From a virus, in the IMG/VR virus record IMGVR_UViG_3300027804_000050, positions 42,109 through 106,108 of that record: a DNA stretch of 64,000 nt; one strand, given 5' to 3'. Below the pieces are notes generated by a model. The model was not told where the DNA came from. It saw only the letters and a list, made by a program, of their open reading frames with translations, and did not search any database. The position numbers were made by a program, and so were the translations under genes. Below, one piece after another: positions 38,886 through 48,391 of this stretch. The stretch's first letter is position 1, and each line of letters begins with the position of its first letter.

Positions 38886-39725
38886 ATGAATAAATTATAT
38901 ATTCAGTGTGATGGTGGTTTTGGTAATAGATTCAATGTTCTATGTTTTGGTCTTTACTTGTCAAAAATTTTGAATTATTCTCCTGTGGTCGTCTGGCCCC
39001 TCAACAATTGGTGTGGAGCCTCTTTTTTTGATTTATTTGAAAAAGGGTCTTTACAATTTTGTGAAAGATCAAGTATTAATCTTGACAATACAATCAACAT
39101 AGTACATGAGAATCAATTTGAATTAAAAACATTCATTAACATAAATTCAATTATTAATATACAACAAATTCAAAACCTATGCCAAGGAAAAGATATTTTT
39201 TACTTTAATAACTTAATTCCTTGGAGATTAGTTTCTGAATTTGATTCTTTTAAAAATACTATACTGGACATAAAGTTTAAAAAAGAAATAGTTGATGCAG
39301 CAAAAAGAATTATTTTAGAAAATTGTCAAACACAACCTTTTTTTGGCATACACATAAGAAAAACTGATTTTGGTGGTAGAAGTGATTCTGTAGAACCTCA
39401 ATTGATGAGCATAGTTCAACAAAACTGTGAGCATAAATTTTTTATATGTTCAGACGACGAAATTACAGAAAACAAATTTTTACAAAATAAAAATGTTTTT
39501 AGATATGAAAAACAGGACTATGTAAAAAAATTACTGGATGGTAGCTGGAATTCCACCATTGTGGATTCAAATAAAAACTCATTTGCTTTTAATGTGGATA
39601 GATCAAAACAAAGTGTAGTAGATGCAGTAGTTGATCTATTGATATTATCTAAATCAACTATAATATCTCCAGATGTCGGAAGTACTTTCATGCATACCGC
39701 TAGATTATTAGGAAAGTGTTATTAA
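38886..39725 (+). CDS. Fucosyltransferase-superfamily glycosyltransferase (GT11/23/O-FucT-like)
   Basis: GGFGNR, GIHIRKTD, FICSDD, AVVDLLILSKS and STF motifs. Confidence 0.82.
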   Translation: MNKLYIQCDGGFGNRFNVLCFGLYLSKILNYSPVVVWPLNNWCGASFFDLFEKGSLQFCERSSINLDNTINIVHENQFELKTFININSIINIQQIQNLCQGKDIFYFNNLIPWRLVSEFDSFKNTILDIKFKKEIVDAAKRIILENCQTQPFFGIHIRKTDFGGRSDSVEPQLMSIVQQNCEHKFFICSDDEITENKFLQNKNVFRYEKQDYVKKLLDGSWNSTIVDSNKNSFAFNVDRSKQSVVDAVVDLLILSKSTIISPDVGSTFMHTARLLGKCY

Positions 39726-39729
39726 TTTT

Positions 39730-40539
39730 ATGAGCTTAGATCTACTAAAAAATTCAGAAGTTTTTACTCAAATTAATTTTGATTATCCGTTTGGAAAAAA
39801 GCATAATTCAATCAATTACAATTTGTCTAATTACTTTCATAAAGTTTATTCACAACATGGGGAAGATGGATTATTAAATTATTTATTTTCTATTATTACT
39901 CCTAGAAAAAAATATTATGTAGATTTTGGTGCTGCTGATGGACATTTTTTAGCGAATACTAAATTTTTAAGAGAACATCTTGGCTGGACAGGATTGTTGA
40001 TGGAAGGAGATCCTAATTTAGTAAACAGGTCTAATGGTTTGGTAAAACAAGAATTAGTGACCCCAGATAATATCATGAACTTATTTGAAAAACATAATGT
40101 TCCTGAGGATTTTGATTTTTTGTCTATTGACATAGATGGTGATGACATTTATGTTTTTGATTCTATAGACACACAAAAATACAAACCGTCTGTAATCATT
40201 GCAGAATATAATCCGGGATTACCCAATCATTTACCTCTTGCAATAGAAAAAGGAAAATCGGATTATTTTATAAATCCACACTTACCAAAAAATAAATATT
40301 TTCCCTGTTATCATGGGTGTAATATTAATGCTTGGTATACAATGTCTAAAAGAAAAGGATATACGATTATTACTACCTGTGGAGTTAATGTGGTCATGGT
40401 TAGAGATGACCATGTAAATAAATTTAATGTTCCATCATTAGAAGATTTAGTTTACCCACCATATTTTGTTAAGGAACAAGATAGATTTAACTTATTTTTA
40501 GAGTTAAATGATAATTACAGATGGAAAATAATATCGTAG
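39730..40539 (+). CDS. FkbM-like SAM methyltransferase
   Basis: SQHGEDG, VDFGAADG, WTGLLMEG, LSIDIDG.D and AEYN motifs. Confidence 0.85.
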   Translation: MSLDLLKNSEVFTQINFDYPFGKKHNSINYNLSNYFHKVYSQHGEDGLLNYLFSIITPRKKYYVDFGAADGHFLANTKFLREHLGWTGLLMEGDPNLVNRSNGLVKQELVTPDNIMNLFEKHNVPEDFDFLSIDIDGDDIYVFDSIDTQKYKPSVIIAEYNPGLPNHLPLAIEKGKSDYFINPHLPKNKYFPCYHGCNINAWYTMSKRKGYTIITTCGVNVVMVRDDHVNKFNVPSLEDLVYPPYFVKEQDRFNLFLELNDNYRWKIIS

Positions 40540-40555
40540 TTTTAAAGGAGTAACA

Positions 40556-41104
40556 ATGTATAATATTTATGGATCAACATTACCAATAGAAACACTAAGT
40601 AAGTATATGTCTAGGGTATTCATAGAAACGGGTACGAATAATGCTCAAGGCGTTCGCACTGCGCTTCATTGTAATTTTGAAAAAATAATTTCAATAGAGA
40701 TTGATTCTCAAAAACAGAAAAATAATGCGGAATCACTTAAAAAGGAAATAGTATCTGGAAAAGTTGATTTAATATCTGGGGATGTAATAGATTATTTTCC
40801 AAAAGTTTTAGAGTCTTTAAATGATACGGCAACATTTTTCTTTGATGCTCATTGGGATTTTGGAGTTAAAGGTAAAACTGTATGCAGTCTAAATTTTGAA
40901 CTAGATGAATTAAAAAAACATCATATAAAAAATCACATAATTTTAATAGACGATAGAAGATGTTTTGGACCTAATCACCATTGGGGTTCAGATATAAATG
41001 AATCTGTTATAATAAAAAAAATACTAGAAATAAATCCTAACTATACTGTAGTCTACGAAGACAACACTGTAGCCAAAAATGATCTAATTGTAGCATTTAT
41101 ATGA
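40556..41104 (+). CDS. Class I SAM methyltransferase-like protein
   Basis: FIETGT, SIEID, GD, FFFDAH and ILIDD.R motifs. Confidence 0.75.
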   Translation: MYNIYGSTLPIETLSKYMSRVFIETGTNNAQGVRTALHCNFEKIISIEIDSQKQKNNAESLKKEIVSGKVDLISGDVIDYFPKVLESLNDTATFFFDAHWDFGVKGKTVCSLNFELDELKKHHIKNHIILIDDRRCFGPNHHWGSDINESVIIKKILEINPNYTVVYEDNTVAKNDLIVAFI

Positions 41105-42072
41105 AAAAGAAAATACTAGTTTGTGGTGGTGGTGGATTCATAGGACATCATCTTGCTCGTAGACTTCACAACCAAGGACATACAGTCGTTGTTGCTGATA
41201 TCAAAGATAAGAATGAATATATAGGAGCCGTCAGATTTTGCAAAAATTATGTATCAGTAGATCTTACAAAAGAATTAGCTTGGAAAGAATTGGATACTTT
41301 GTACAGGGGCTTCGATGAAGTATATCAATTAGCTGCTGATATGGGTGGAGCAGGCTACATCTTTACAGGCGAAAATGATTTTAATGTAATGACTAATTCT
41401 GCCCAAATAAACTTAAACGCTGTTATATGGGCAGTGAAATGGAAAGCAAAAATTTTCTATTCATCTTCAGCTTGTATGTATCCTGCATATAATCAAGAAG
41501 ATCCAAACAATCCAAACTGCAAAGAAGATTCAGCGTACCCAGCAGCACCAGATTCAGAATACGGCTGGGAAAAGCTGTTCTCGGAACGCCTGTATTTAAC
41601 AGCCAACAGAAACATGGGATTGGATGTTCGTATCGCCAGATTCCATAATATTTTTGGTCCAGAAGGAACTTGGAAGGGTGGCAAGGAAAAAGCCCCTGCT
41701 GCCATATGCAGAAAAGTTGCAGAAGCACAAAATGGCACTTCCATTGAAATTTGGGGGGACGGTTTACAAACTAGATCGTTCCTTTATATAGATGAATGTG
41801 TGGATGGCGTCTTAAGATTGATGGAGTCAGATTTTATGGGGCCTGTCAATATAGGATCTGATGAAATGATAAGTATTAATGATTTAGCTAAAATGACTAT
41901 AAGCATATCAGGAAAAGACTTATCAATTAAAAATATACCCGGACCAGAAGGAGTTAGAGGAAGAAACAGTGATAACACCTTAATAAACTCCAAATTAAAT
42001 TGGAAACCTTCTCAACCTTTAAAGGTTGGTATGCTAAAAACATATGATTGGATAAAAAATCAAATCTCTTAA
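41101..42072 (+). CDS. GDP-mannose 3,5-epimerase-like NAD-dependent epimerase
   Basis: GGGGFIG, QLAADMGGAGYI, YSSSACMYP, YGWEK, RFHNIFGP, EKAPAA.CRK and GVRGRNSDN motifs. Confidence 0.92.
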   Translation: MKKKILVCGGGGFIGHHLARRLHNQGHTVVVADIKDKNEYIGAVRFCKNYVSVDLTKELAWKELDTLYRGFDEVYQLAADMGGAGYIFTGENDFNVMTNSAQINLNAVIWAVKWKAKIFYSSSACMYPAYNQEDPNNPNCKEDSAYPAAPDSEYGWEKLFSERLYLTANRNMGLDVRIARFHNIFGPEGTWKGGKEKAPAAICRKVAEAQNGTSIEIWGDGLQTRSFLYIDECVDGVLRLMESDFMGPVNIGSDEMISINDLAKMTISISGKDLSIKNIPGPEGVRGRNSDNTLINSKLNWKPSQPLKVGMLKTYDWIKNQIS

Positions 42073-42084
42073 CTATCATAAAAC

Positions 42085-42417
42085 ATGGACTTTAACGAAT
42101 ATCAACAAAAAGCAAAACAATTCGCTATTTATAAAGATAAGATAGTATACCCCACATTAGGGCTGGCTTCCGAGGCTGGTGAGGTGTGTGGTAAAATTAA
42201 AAAGATTATGCGAGATACAGACGGTATTCATAATCTGAAATATAAATATGATAGAGTGTTAGAGATAAAATCTGAGCTAGGGGATGTCCTCTGGTATATC
42301 GCTAACATCGCAGAAGATTTGGATATTCCCCTGCAAGACATTGCAGAAGAGAATATAGGAAAGCTACAGGACCGAAAGGATCGAGACAAGATCCAAGGAT
42401 CTGGAGATAATAGGTGA
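42085..42417 (+). CDS. mazG: MazG-like nucleotide pyrophosphohydrolase
   Basis: LGLASEAGEV..KIKK, ELGDVLWY and GSGDNR motifs. Confidence 0.9.
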   Translation: MDFNEYQQKAKQFAIYKDKIVYPTLGLASEAGEVCGKIKKIMRDTDGIHNLKYKYDRVLEIKSELGDVLWYIANIAEDLDIPLQDIAEENIGKLQDRKDRDKIQGSGDNR

Positions 42418-42420
42418 CTT

Positions 42421-43194
42421 ATGAAAAAATACTTACTCGCAGCACTTGCACTTTTACTAGTCGCAGTGCCTATCATTTACTCCCAAGCTAGAAGAAACCG
42501 TGTTGTAACCATTACACCACAGTCACACCCAGCTACTCCTGAGAATGGGTACGACTACGATTTCGACGATCTAACTGGTAGTCGAAACTGTTGGTTCTAC
42601 TACGGTCAGGATGAGGAATGCGAAACCAAGTTTATTCGCTTCCCTGCTTATACAGGCACAGCCCCTCTTAAGGAAGTCAGGCTACACCTACGCTGGCACT
42701 TAAGCTATTCAGGTAAGTTTGAAAATATTTCTCCAACTCATACTTGGGGAGGCACTAATGCGTCCAATGATGGCATCAACCCCCTCAACGGATTGCCTTG
42801 GGGGTTTAACTGGTATACTTGGAGTTGGAGCAATTTTGAAAGCGGAGCTATGGCTCCTCTAATTGCTCTGCCAAGTGTCACGATTGATGACTGCTATTAT
42901 GGCGAAATCGCACCTTTCGATGGGACTTTAGATTATCAAGGCCCCAGTGGAAAGACTGCAATCGTGGAATGGGATCAATGTTTACAACCTAACTATTGGA
43001 CAGAAGGCATCAACATTATCCAACATCCTTTCTATCTACAACACTTCACTGATTCTGATGGTGTAGTTGGACTTACCTTTAAGTCAGGTGCATTTGCACA
43101 GATAGAACATCCTTTGGGTGATGCTGGTATGCCATACGAGTACTTTACATATTGGGATATTCGTTTGGACAGAATCGAATACATAACATATTGA
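42421..43194 (+). CDS. Secreted beta-rich protein (choice-of-anchor E-like)
   Basis: Signal peptide; FP.Y.G..PL.EV.L, FEN and FDG.LDY.G.SG.T patterns. Confidence 0.5.
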   Translation: MKKYLLAALALLLVAVPIIYSQARRNRVVTITPQSHPATPENGYDYDFDDLTGSRNCWFYYGQDEECETKFIRFPAYTGTAPLKEVRLHLRWHLSYSGKFENISPTHTWGGTNASNDGINPLNGLPWGFNWYTWSWSNFESGAMAPLIALPSVTIDDCYYGEIAPFDGTLDYQGPSGKTAIVEWDQCLQPNYWTEGINIIQHPFYLQHFTDSDGVVGLTFKSGAFAQIEHPLGDAGMPYEYFTYWDIRLDRIEYITY

Positions 43195-43211
43195 TATAAT
43201 TGCAAAAAATT

Positions 43212-43249
43212 ACTCCTACCAACTTTAATAGGTTGGTAGGAGTTTTTTT
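43212..43249 (+). terminator. Terminator
   Basis: ACTCCTACCAAC/GTTGGTAGGAGT stem followed by a T run. Confidence 0.85.
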
Positions 43250-43636
43250 ATGGATGATGTACCGCCGCCGATGCGTGTGGCAAAAAAGCAAGCGCATAAG
43301 TCTAGGTCTAGGTTTAAAATAGGTGCTGTGATTGCCAAAGGAAACAGGATCCTTGTAGCGGCACATAACATTATGAAAACTCACCCTGAGTTTGGTTCAG
43401 GGAAATTCATGAACCTTCATGCGGAGGGTAATGCTATTTACAAGGCTGTAAGACAGGGGTTAGATCTAAGTGGTTCTACGATCTATATTTATAGGAAAAA
43501 TAACAATTTAGCTAAACCCTGCAAGTTTTGCCAAGCTTTAATTAAGAAATACGGAATCACAAATGTGGTTTACAGTGGAGATTTACATGGATCAATCAGT
43601 AATAAAGAAACTAAAGACTGCCGGATTGCTGTCTGA
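43250..43636 (+). CDS. Zinc-dependent cytidine/dCMP deaminase-fold protein
   Basis: IGAVI, HAE and PCKFC motifs. Confidence 0.85.
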   Translation: MDDVPPPMRVAKKQAHKSRSRFKIGAVIAKGNRILVAAHNIMKTHPEFGSGKFMNLHAEGNAIYKAVRQGLDLSGSTIYIYRKNNNLAKPCKFCQALIKKYGITNVVYSGDLHGSISNKETKDCRIAV

Positions 43637-44576
43637 AACAACCACCGACTTAGGGTTTATTCCTACAGGTAGTTATGCGTTGAACAAAATCATCTCTGGT
43701 GATTATTCTAAAGGCATACCTATTGGAATGATAACTCAAATTCATGGTGAGGCTTCTACAGCAAAAACTGTTTTTGCTACTCATATTTTAAGGGAAGCTC
43801 AAGCACTTAATCACTACACCATGCTCGTGGATAGTGAGAATGCATATAATCCAACTTTTGCTGAGAAGCTAGGCTTGGATCCCAAGAAGTTGATTTACGC
43901 TGCTCCAGAAACCTTGGAGGAGTGCTTCAATGTTATAGAGGATACCATCAAGTCCATTAGGGAATCCGACAAGGATACTCCTATTGTGGTTGTATATGAT
44001 AGTATTGCAGTATCCCCATCTAAAGCTGAGTATGAGGCAGAAGGCTACGAGGCAAATAATATGCAAGGGGCTGTAAGGGCCAAAGCCACAGGTTCTTGCT
44101 TAAGAAAGATAAATCCTTTGATGCGTAAGTACAAAGTAGCCTTGGTAATCATTAACCAAATTAGGAACAAGGTTGGTGTAATGTATGGTAGTCCAGACAC
44201 GATGGCAGCAGGGGGCAAGTCCTTGGAGTACTACCTAGGTGTCAATCTTAAAACAGTATCTAATAAAACCTCCGATCTACTAAAAGATGAGGCTGGCAAA
44301 GTTGTAGGTATTAAAGGATCCATTAGGAACACTAAAAATAAAGTTAGTGTACCATTTAAGGAATGTGAATTTGAACTTATTTACAATGATGGGATAAATC
44401 CTTTTACAGGACTTTTACCTTTGCTTGAACAGGATAACTTAGTTCAAAGGGCTGGAGCATGGTATACTGTGGCTGGAACGGATAAAAAGTTCCAATCCAA
44501 GGATTTTATCGATATGCTTAGAAATCCTAAGGAACAAGCTTTCCAACAAATACGAGATTTAGTTAAAATTAACTAA
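43587..44576 (+). CDS. recA: RecA/UvsX recombinase
   Basis: IPTGS.AL, GEASTAKT, DSE.A, YDSIA, INQIR.KVGVMYGSP and KNKV motifs. Confidence 0.93.
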   Translation: MDQSVIKKLKTAGLLSETTTDLGFIPTGSYALNKIISGDYSKGIPIGMITQIHGEASTAKTVFATHILREAQALNHYTMLVDSENAYNPTFAEKLGLDPKKLIYAAPETLEECFNVIEDTIKSIRESDKDTPIVVVYDSIAVSPSKAEYEAEGYEANNMQGAVRAKATGSCLRKINPLMRKYKVALVIINQIRNKVGVMYGSPDTMAAGGKSLEYYLGVNLKTVSNKTSDLLKDEAGKVVGIKGSIRNTKNKVSVPFKECEFELIYNDGINPFTGLLPLLEQDNLVQRAGAWYTVAGTDKKFQSKDFIDMLRNPKEQAFQQIRDLVKIN

Positions 44577-44615
44577 ACTTATTAAAATGATGAACTATTA
44601 TATTTATAAGGGACC

Positions 44616-44882
44616 ATGAAAGAACAAGATCTATACAATCAATTGGAAACCCTAATCGATTCTGCATTTAAGAACCTATATAAGGAGAAGACTAATATGC
44701 AACCATCTCAGAAGACTCAAGTTAATGTTAACAGCAATACCGAAGCCACCAAGGCTAAGTACTCCAACATTCAGGAGTACACTCAAGCTACGGGCAAGCG
44801 TTTCCGTATGACCAAAGAGCAAACTCAGCGTGGCATTTCCCGTGAAGAAGCTTTTAGAGAATTTATGCAGCTATCTGACTGA
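44616..44882 (+). CDS. Hypothetical protein
   Basis: ORF with RBS. Confidence 0.6.
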   Translation: MKEQDLYNQLETLIDSAFKNLYKEKTNMQPSQKTQVNVNSNTEATKAKYSNIQEYTQATGKRFRMTKEQTQRGISREEAFREFMQLSD

Positions 44883-44883
44883 A

Positions 44884-45078
44884 ATGGGGAAGACTTTCCG
44901 TAGAAACTCAGAGGACAGTTACAAATATGGTGGGAATAAAAGACCCAAACCAAAACCTAAGCGTCATCCACCTAAACATCAGTCTTCAGACTCAGGTGAA
45001 AAGGAATGGCGAAAAACCTTTGGGGAAATAAATGGAATACTGGAAGATGATAATGGAAAACACCCAGACAAGTCCTGA
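44884..45078 (+). CDS. Small basic hypothetical protein
   Basis: MGKTFRR... start directly after the previous stop. Confidence 0.5.
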   Translation: MGKTFRRNSEDSYKYGGNKRPKPKPKRHPPKHQSSDSGEKEWRKTFGEINGILEDDNGKHPDKS

Positions 45079-45322
45079 ACCTCTAAACACTCAATTAATT
45101 TTTGAGTGGGAGCCAATAGATTTCAAAGTCCACGCCGATGATTTTACATTGCCCATGCCAATGTGGCAGTTCAATGATCTAGTAACATATTATGTTCAAA
45201 AATCAATGGCTAAAGACCTAGATAATATAGAATGGAGTGCTAGTTATGGCTACGACATACATACCCAAGACCCCACACTTCGCACAGACGAAGATTCAGA
45301 AGATAGCCAAGAAGCTGATTGA
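45053..45322 (+). CDS. Hypothetical protein
   Basis: ORF track. Confidence 0.4.
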   Translation: MENTQTSPEPLNTQLIFEWEPIDFKVHADDFTLPMPMWQFNDLVTYYVQKSMAKDLDNIEWSASYGYDIHTQDPTLRTDEDSEDSQEAD

Positions 45323-45581
45323 AGAATCCGAAGAGGATCGTCAGTTAGCTTTAGATGCTCATCGTTATTTCAAAGAGCGAGTAGAAGAAAATCCAGCAGA
45401 CAATGTGTCAAAATCATTGATGGTGGACTGTCTTAAAGTAGCTCAAACATCGAAGCAGTACACCGTAAGGGTAATTACTTTGATGACAAAGATGAACGAA
45501 GAGAATATGCCAGAAAGAACCAAGGCTAGTGGAAATACAACCTCTGTATTTTCAGAACTGGATAATATGGTAGATGAGTGA
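45246..45581 (+). CDS. Hypothetical helical protein
   Basis: GGAG RBS before ATG 45246; overlaps the ATPase start. Confidence 0.6.
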   Translation: MATTYIPKTPHFAQTKIQKIAKKLIEESEEDRQLALDAHRYFKERVEENPADNVSKSLMVDCLKVAQTSKQYTVRVITLMTKMNEENMPERTKASGNTTSVFSELDNMVDE

Positions 45582-47082
45582 TAATAACACATATAAGTTG
45601 GTTTGTGAAGGTATTGATCTAGTTATCCCAGTAAAAGTTTTATCCTTGAAAGAGGAGCAAGAACTTTATGCTCAGATACGAGAGAAAATATCTAAAACAG
45701 AAACAGCTTTTGTATTTCACGAGTATAAGGAATACTTAGCCAAGAAGCTAATCATTGGATATGAAAATCTCTTGGCTGAGTATTCCGATGGCGAAGAATC
45801 GGATACATATCAATTGTTGATAGCCAATATGTACATGGCTATCACAGTTGCATATCCTCCTTTGTCATTGGACTTCGTATGCACTGATTTAAATACTGAA
45901 AAGTTCATGCAAGCCACAGACTTGATGGAACCTTCTCAGTTTCTAAAGAACTTGGCAGCTAACCTCAAGACTAAGTTAGCCAAGGAAACAAAAAAGAAAA
46001 TCGTTAAGCATAAGATAGTTGGCCCACAGGTTTTGAAGACCAAGGACAACTTTAGTAAGCTTGAATCTCAAATAAAAAATAACATCATCGGCCAAGATCA
46101 CGCTGTTGATGTAGTAGTTAAGCATTTGAAACTAATGTCAACTGGCTTGACTCAGTTTTCTACATTGTTCTTTGTAGGCCCAACAGGTGTAGGCAAGACA
46201 GAACTATCCAAGATCATTGGAGAAAGATACAGTGGAAACTTTTTCAAAATTAACTGTGCGGAGTATGCAGGAGCACATGAATATGCCAAGTTGATAGGAT
46301 CTCCACCGGGCTATGTTGGTCATACTGACAGGAGTCTCCTCAAGGAGAAGGCTGAGATATCTAACAAGTGGGTATTCTTGTTTGATGAAATAGAGAAAGC
46401 TGATGGCAAATTCCAAGACTTCTTACTATCTTTGTTGGATGATGGAACTTGCACCGATAACATGGGCAATGTATTGGATTTCAGCAAATCTTTGTTTATC
46501 TTTACATCTAATCAAGGGGTATCTGAAATTAAGTATGCTTCGATAGGATTTGGAAAGAGCGAACCCAGCAAGAAAGCCATACAAAGCACTATCCTAGAAT
46601 CTGTAAAGAAAAAGTTTAGCCCTGAATTCATGAACCGAATTGATGATGTAGTTTTCTTCAATTCGTTAAGCAGGGACGATGTTAGAAGCATTGTTAAATT
46701 AAAACTAAAATCCTACCCTGTTGAAATAACTGAGCAGTTGGTAGATTATGTGATTGATAATTCCTATTCATATGAATATGGAGCTAGGAATGTAGCTAGG
46801 TACATTAAAAATAATCTAGCTACACTTGTAGCAGATAGTATTCTTGAGGATAGCACCAAGAAAAAGAAGCAGTACAAGTTAGTATTCCCAAGTGGTAGAC
46901 CTGAAGTTTTAAAATCACATGAAGAAAAAAAATCAACGCAAGAGAGTAACACGGGCGAGATACTGGAAGTTCATGTCGGGGGAGAGATTAAAACTTCACC
47001 CAGACATGAAACTGGAGGAGAAGCAACTGGTTCTACAGTGCGCCTTAAAGACGCTGAAAGGCCAATATCCATCAATAAATAG
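45574..47082 (+). CDS. Clp-family AAA+ ATPase (single ClpA/B D2-type module)
   Basis: IIGQDHAV, GPTGVGKT, KLIGSPPGYVG, FDEIEKA, FTSN, PEFMNRID and YGARN motifs. Confidence 0.9.
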   Translation: MSDNNTYKLVCEGIDLVIPVKVLSLKEEQELYAQIREKISKTETAFVFHEYKEYLAKKLIIGYENLLAEYSDGEESDTYQLLIANMYMAITVAYPPLSLDFVCTDLNTEKFMQATDLMEPSQFLKNLAANLKTKLAKETKKKIVKHKIVGPQVLKTKDNFSKLESQIKNNIIGQDHAVDVVVKHLKLMSTGLTQFSTLFFVGPTGVGKTELSKIIGERYSGNFFKINCAEYAGAHEYAKLIGSPPGYVGHTDRSLLKEKAEISNKWVFLFDEIEKADGKFQDFLLSLLDDGTCTDNMGNVLDFSKSLFIFTSNQGVSEIKYASIGFGKSEPSKKAIQSTILESVKKKFSPEFMNRIDDVVFFNSLSRDDVRSIVKLKLKSYPVEITEQLVDYVIDNSYSYEYGARNVARYIKNNLATLVADSILEDSTKKKKQYKLVFPSGRPEVLKSHEEKKSTQESNTGEILEVHVGGEIKTSPRHETGGEATGSTVRLKDAERPISINK

Positions 47083-47131
47083 ATTAAGTTTAATTGACTG
47101 GATATTGGATAATATTTAATTTTTTAAATAA

Positions 47132-47158
47132 AAAGCTCACAAAACAAGTGGGCTTTTT
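47132..47158 (+). terminator. Terminator
   Basis: AAAGCTCAC/GTGGGCTTT stem followed by T's. Confidence 0.7.
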
Positions 47159-47184
47159 ATCTATATAAAAGAGAGGTGTATTCT

Positions 47185-47334
47185 ATGGGATTAATTAAGA
47201 AGTATAGAGATGAGGCTAAAAAGGTAGAGACTGTCGTTGAGCCTGTTAAGCCTGTGGTTGAAGTTAAGATAGAGACTGAAACTAAGGAAGACAAGCCTAA
47301 AACTCTTACGAAGAAAACTAAAAAGGAAGAATGA
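47185..47334 (+). CDS. 49-aa Lys/Glu-rich protein (not in ORF track)
   Basis: GAGAGGTG RBS; MGLIKKYRDEAKK...KKEE; ATGA-coupled to the next gene. Confidence 0.6.
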   Translation: MGLIKKYRDEAKKVETVVEPVKPVVEVKIETETKEDKPKTLTKKTKKEE

Positions 47335-48341
47335 ATATGAATAATAATTACAGCTTAACAAACGAGTATTCTGAAAGATATGAAAAACTCATGGCTTCTT
47401 TATCAGAAGCCAAGGCTGATGCTGGGTTATCTCCAGAAGAAAAAGCAAAGAAAAGAGATGAAAGAAAGTTTGGAAAATCTTGGGAAGCAGAGGGCGGAAA
47501 ACCCAGTTCTACAGAGATGAGAAGAGCTACCCATGCTTCTAAGCGTAGAGAGGCAACAGGTAAAGAAACTCCTGAAGACCAAGCAAAGCGTGCAAAGGCA
47601 GTTGCAGAAAGACAAGCTGCTGGACAAAGCAAATCAGGAACTCAAGTTCAAAAGTTAACGGGACATCAAAGAGGTGGTAAAAAGAGATCTATAAAAGCTA
47701 AACTAGCTAAAGGTCCTTCTAAGCCACTCCCAATTCCTGACCATCATCAAAATTACTTTGATCTTTTAAATTCTTTGTTAGAGGGCAAAGCAGAAAGGAT
47801 GATACGAAGCGGTAACCCTGATAAAAGAATGAAAGGCTTAGTAAAATCGGGCAAAGAAATGACAAAAAGAGCTTTAAGAGGTGGAATGAATCCCGAAATA
47901 GCACGGACATCGTACTCAAGTAAGGTTTCACCTGAAGAGAGAGTAGAAGCCAGTCGTGAAATAGGAAGAGCCTCCGCTGAAAAAATGTTTAGTGGGAGGC
48001 TGGCCGCAGCCGGGATAAAGCCACCTGCCAAGAAAAGAGAAGATAGTTCAAACAGAACTTATAATGATCTTTTAAGTTCTTTGTTAGGTGAGGCTGGTAA
48101 GGCAGGTGCTCACTGGCAGGCTGGTGATACACCTGATAAGGATACTATAATTGTTAAAAAGATAGGGGACAGAGGTCCGGGCGATATAAAAAAGACAATT
48201 CCTATTCCAGCATCAAATAAGAAAAAGTTTGAAGCAGCCAAAAAAGCCTTCCCAACATTGTCTAGAGGTAGCTCTTCATCTACCGAAGCAGGAGGTGCAT
48301 TTGCTGGTTCAGCGCGAAGACCTAGACCAACTAGTTCCTAA
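47331..48341 (+). CDS. Basic multi-module protein, putative internal head polyprotein
   Basis: Three Y-x-x-L-(L/M)-x-S-L-x-(x)-E motifs separating basic segments. Confidence 0.6.
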   Translation: MNMNNNYSLTNEYSERYEKLMASLSEAKADAGLSPEEKAKKRDERKFGKSWEAEGGKPSSTEMRRATHASKRREATGKETPEDQAKRAKAVAERQAAGQSKSGTQVQKLTGHQRGGKKRSIKAKLAKGPSKPLPIPDHHQNYFDLLNSLLEGKAERMIRSGNPDKRMKGLVKSGKEMTKRALRGGMNPEIARTSYSSKVSPEERVEASREIGRASAEKMFSGRLAAAGIKPPAKKREDSSNRTYNDLLSSLLGEAGKAGAHWQAGDTPDKDTIIVKKIGDRGPGDIKKTIPIPASNKKKFEAAKKAFPTLSRGSSSSTEAGGAFAGSARRPRPTSS

Positions 48342-48391
48342 GACTGGTAAGAAAAAGTAATAGCTAATCTGCTAAGTGTAGAAACAGTAAC

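Noticed and set aside
46919-47119. 66-aa ORF overlapping the ATPase 3' end
   Set aside because: Lies mostly within the ATPase tail; could be real but cannot be supported without homologues.
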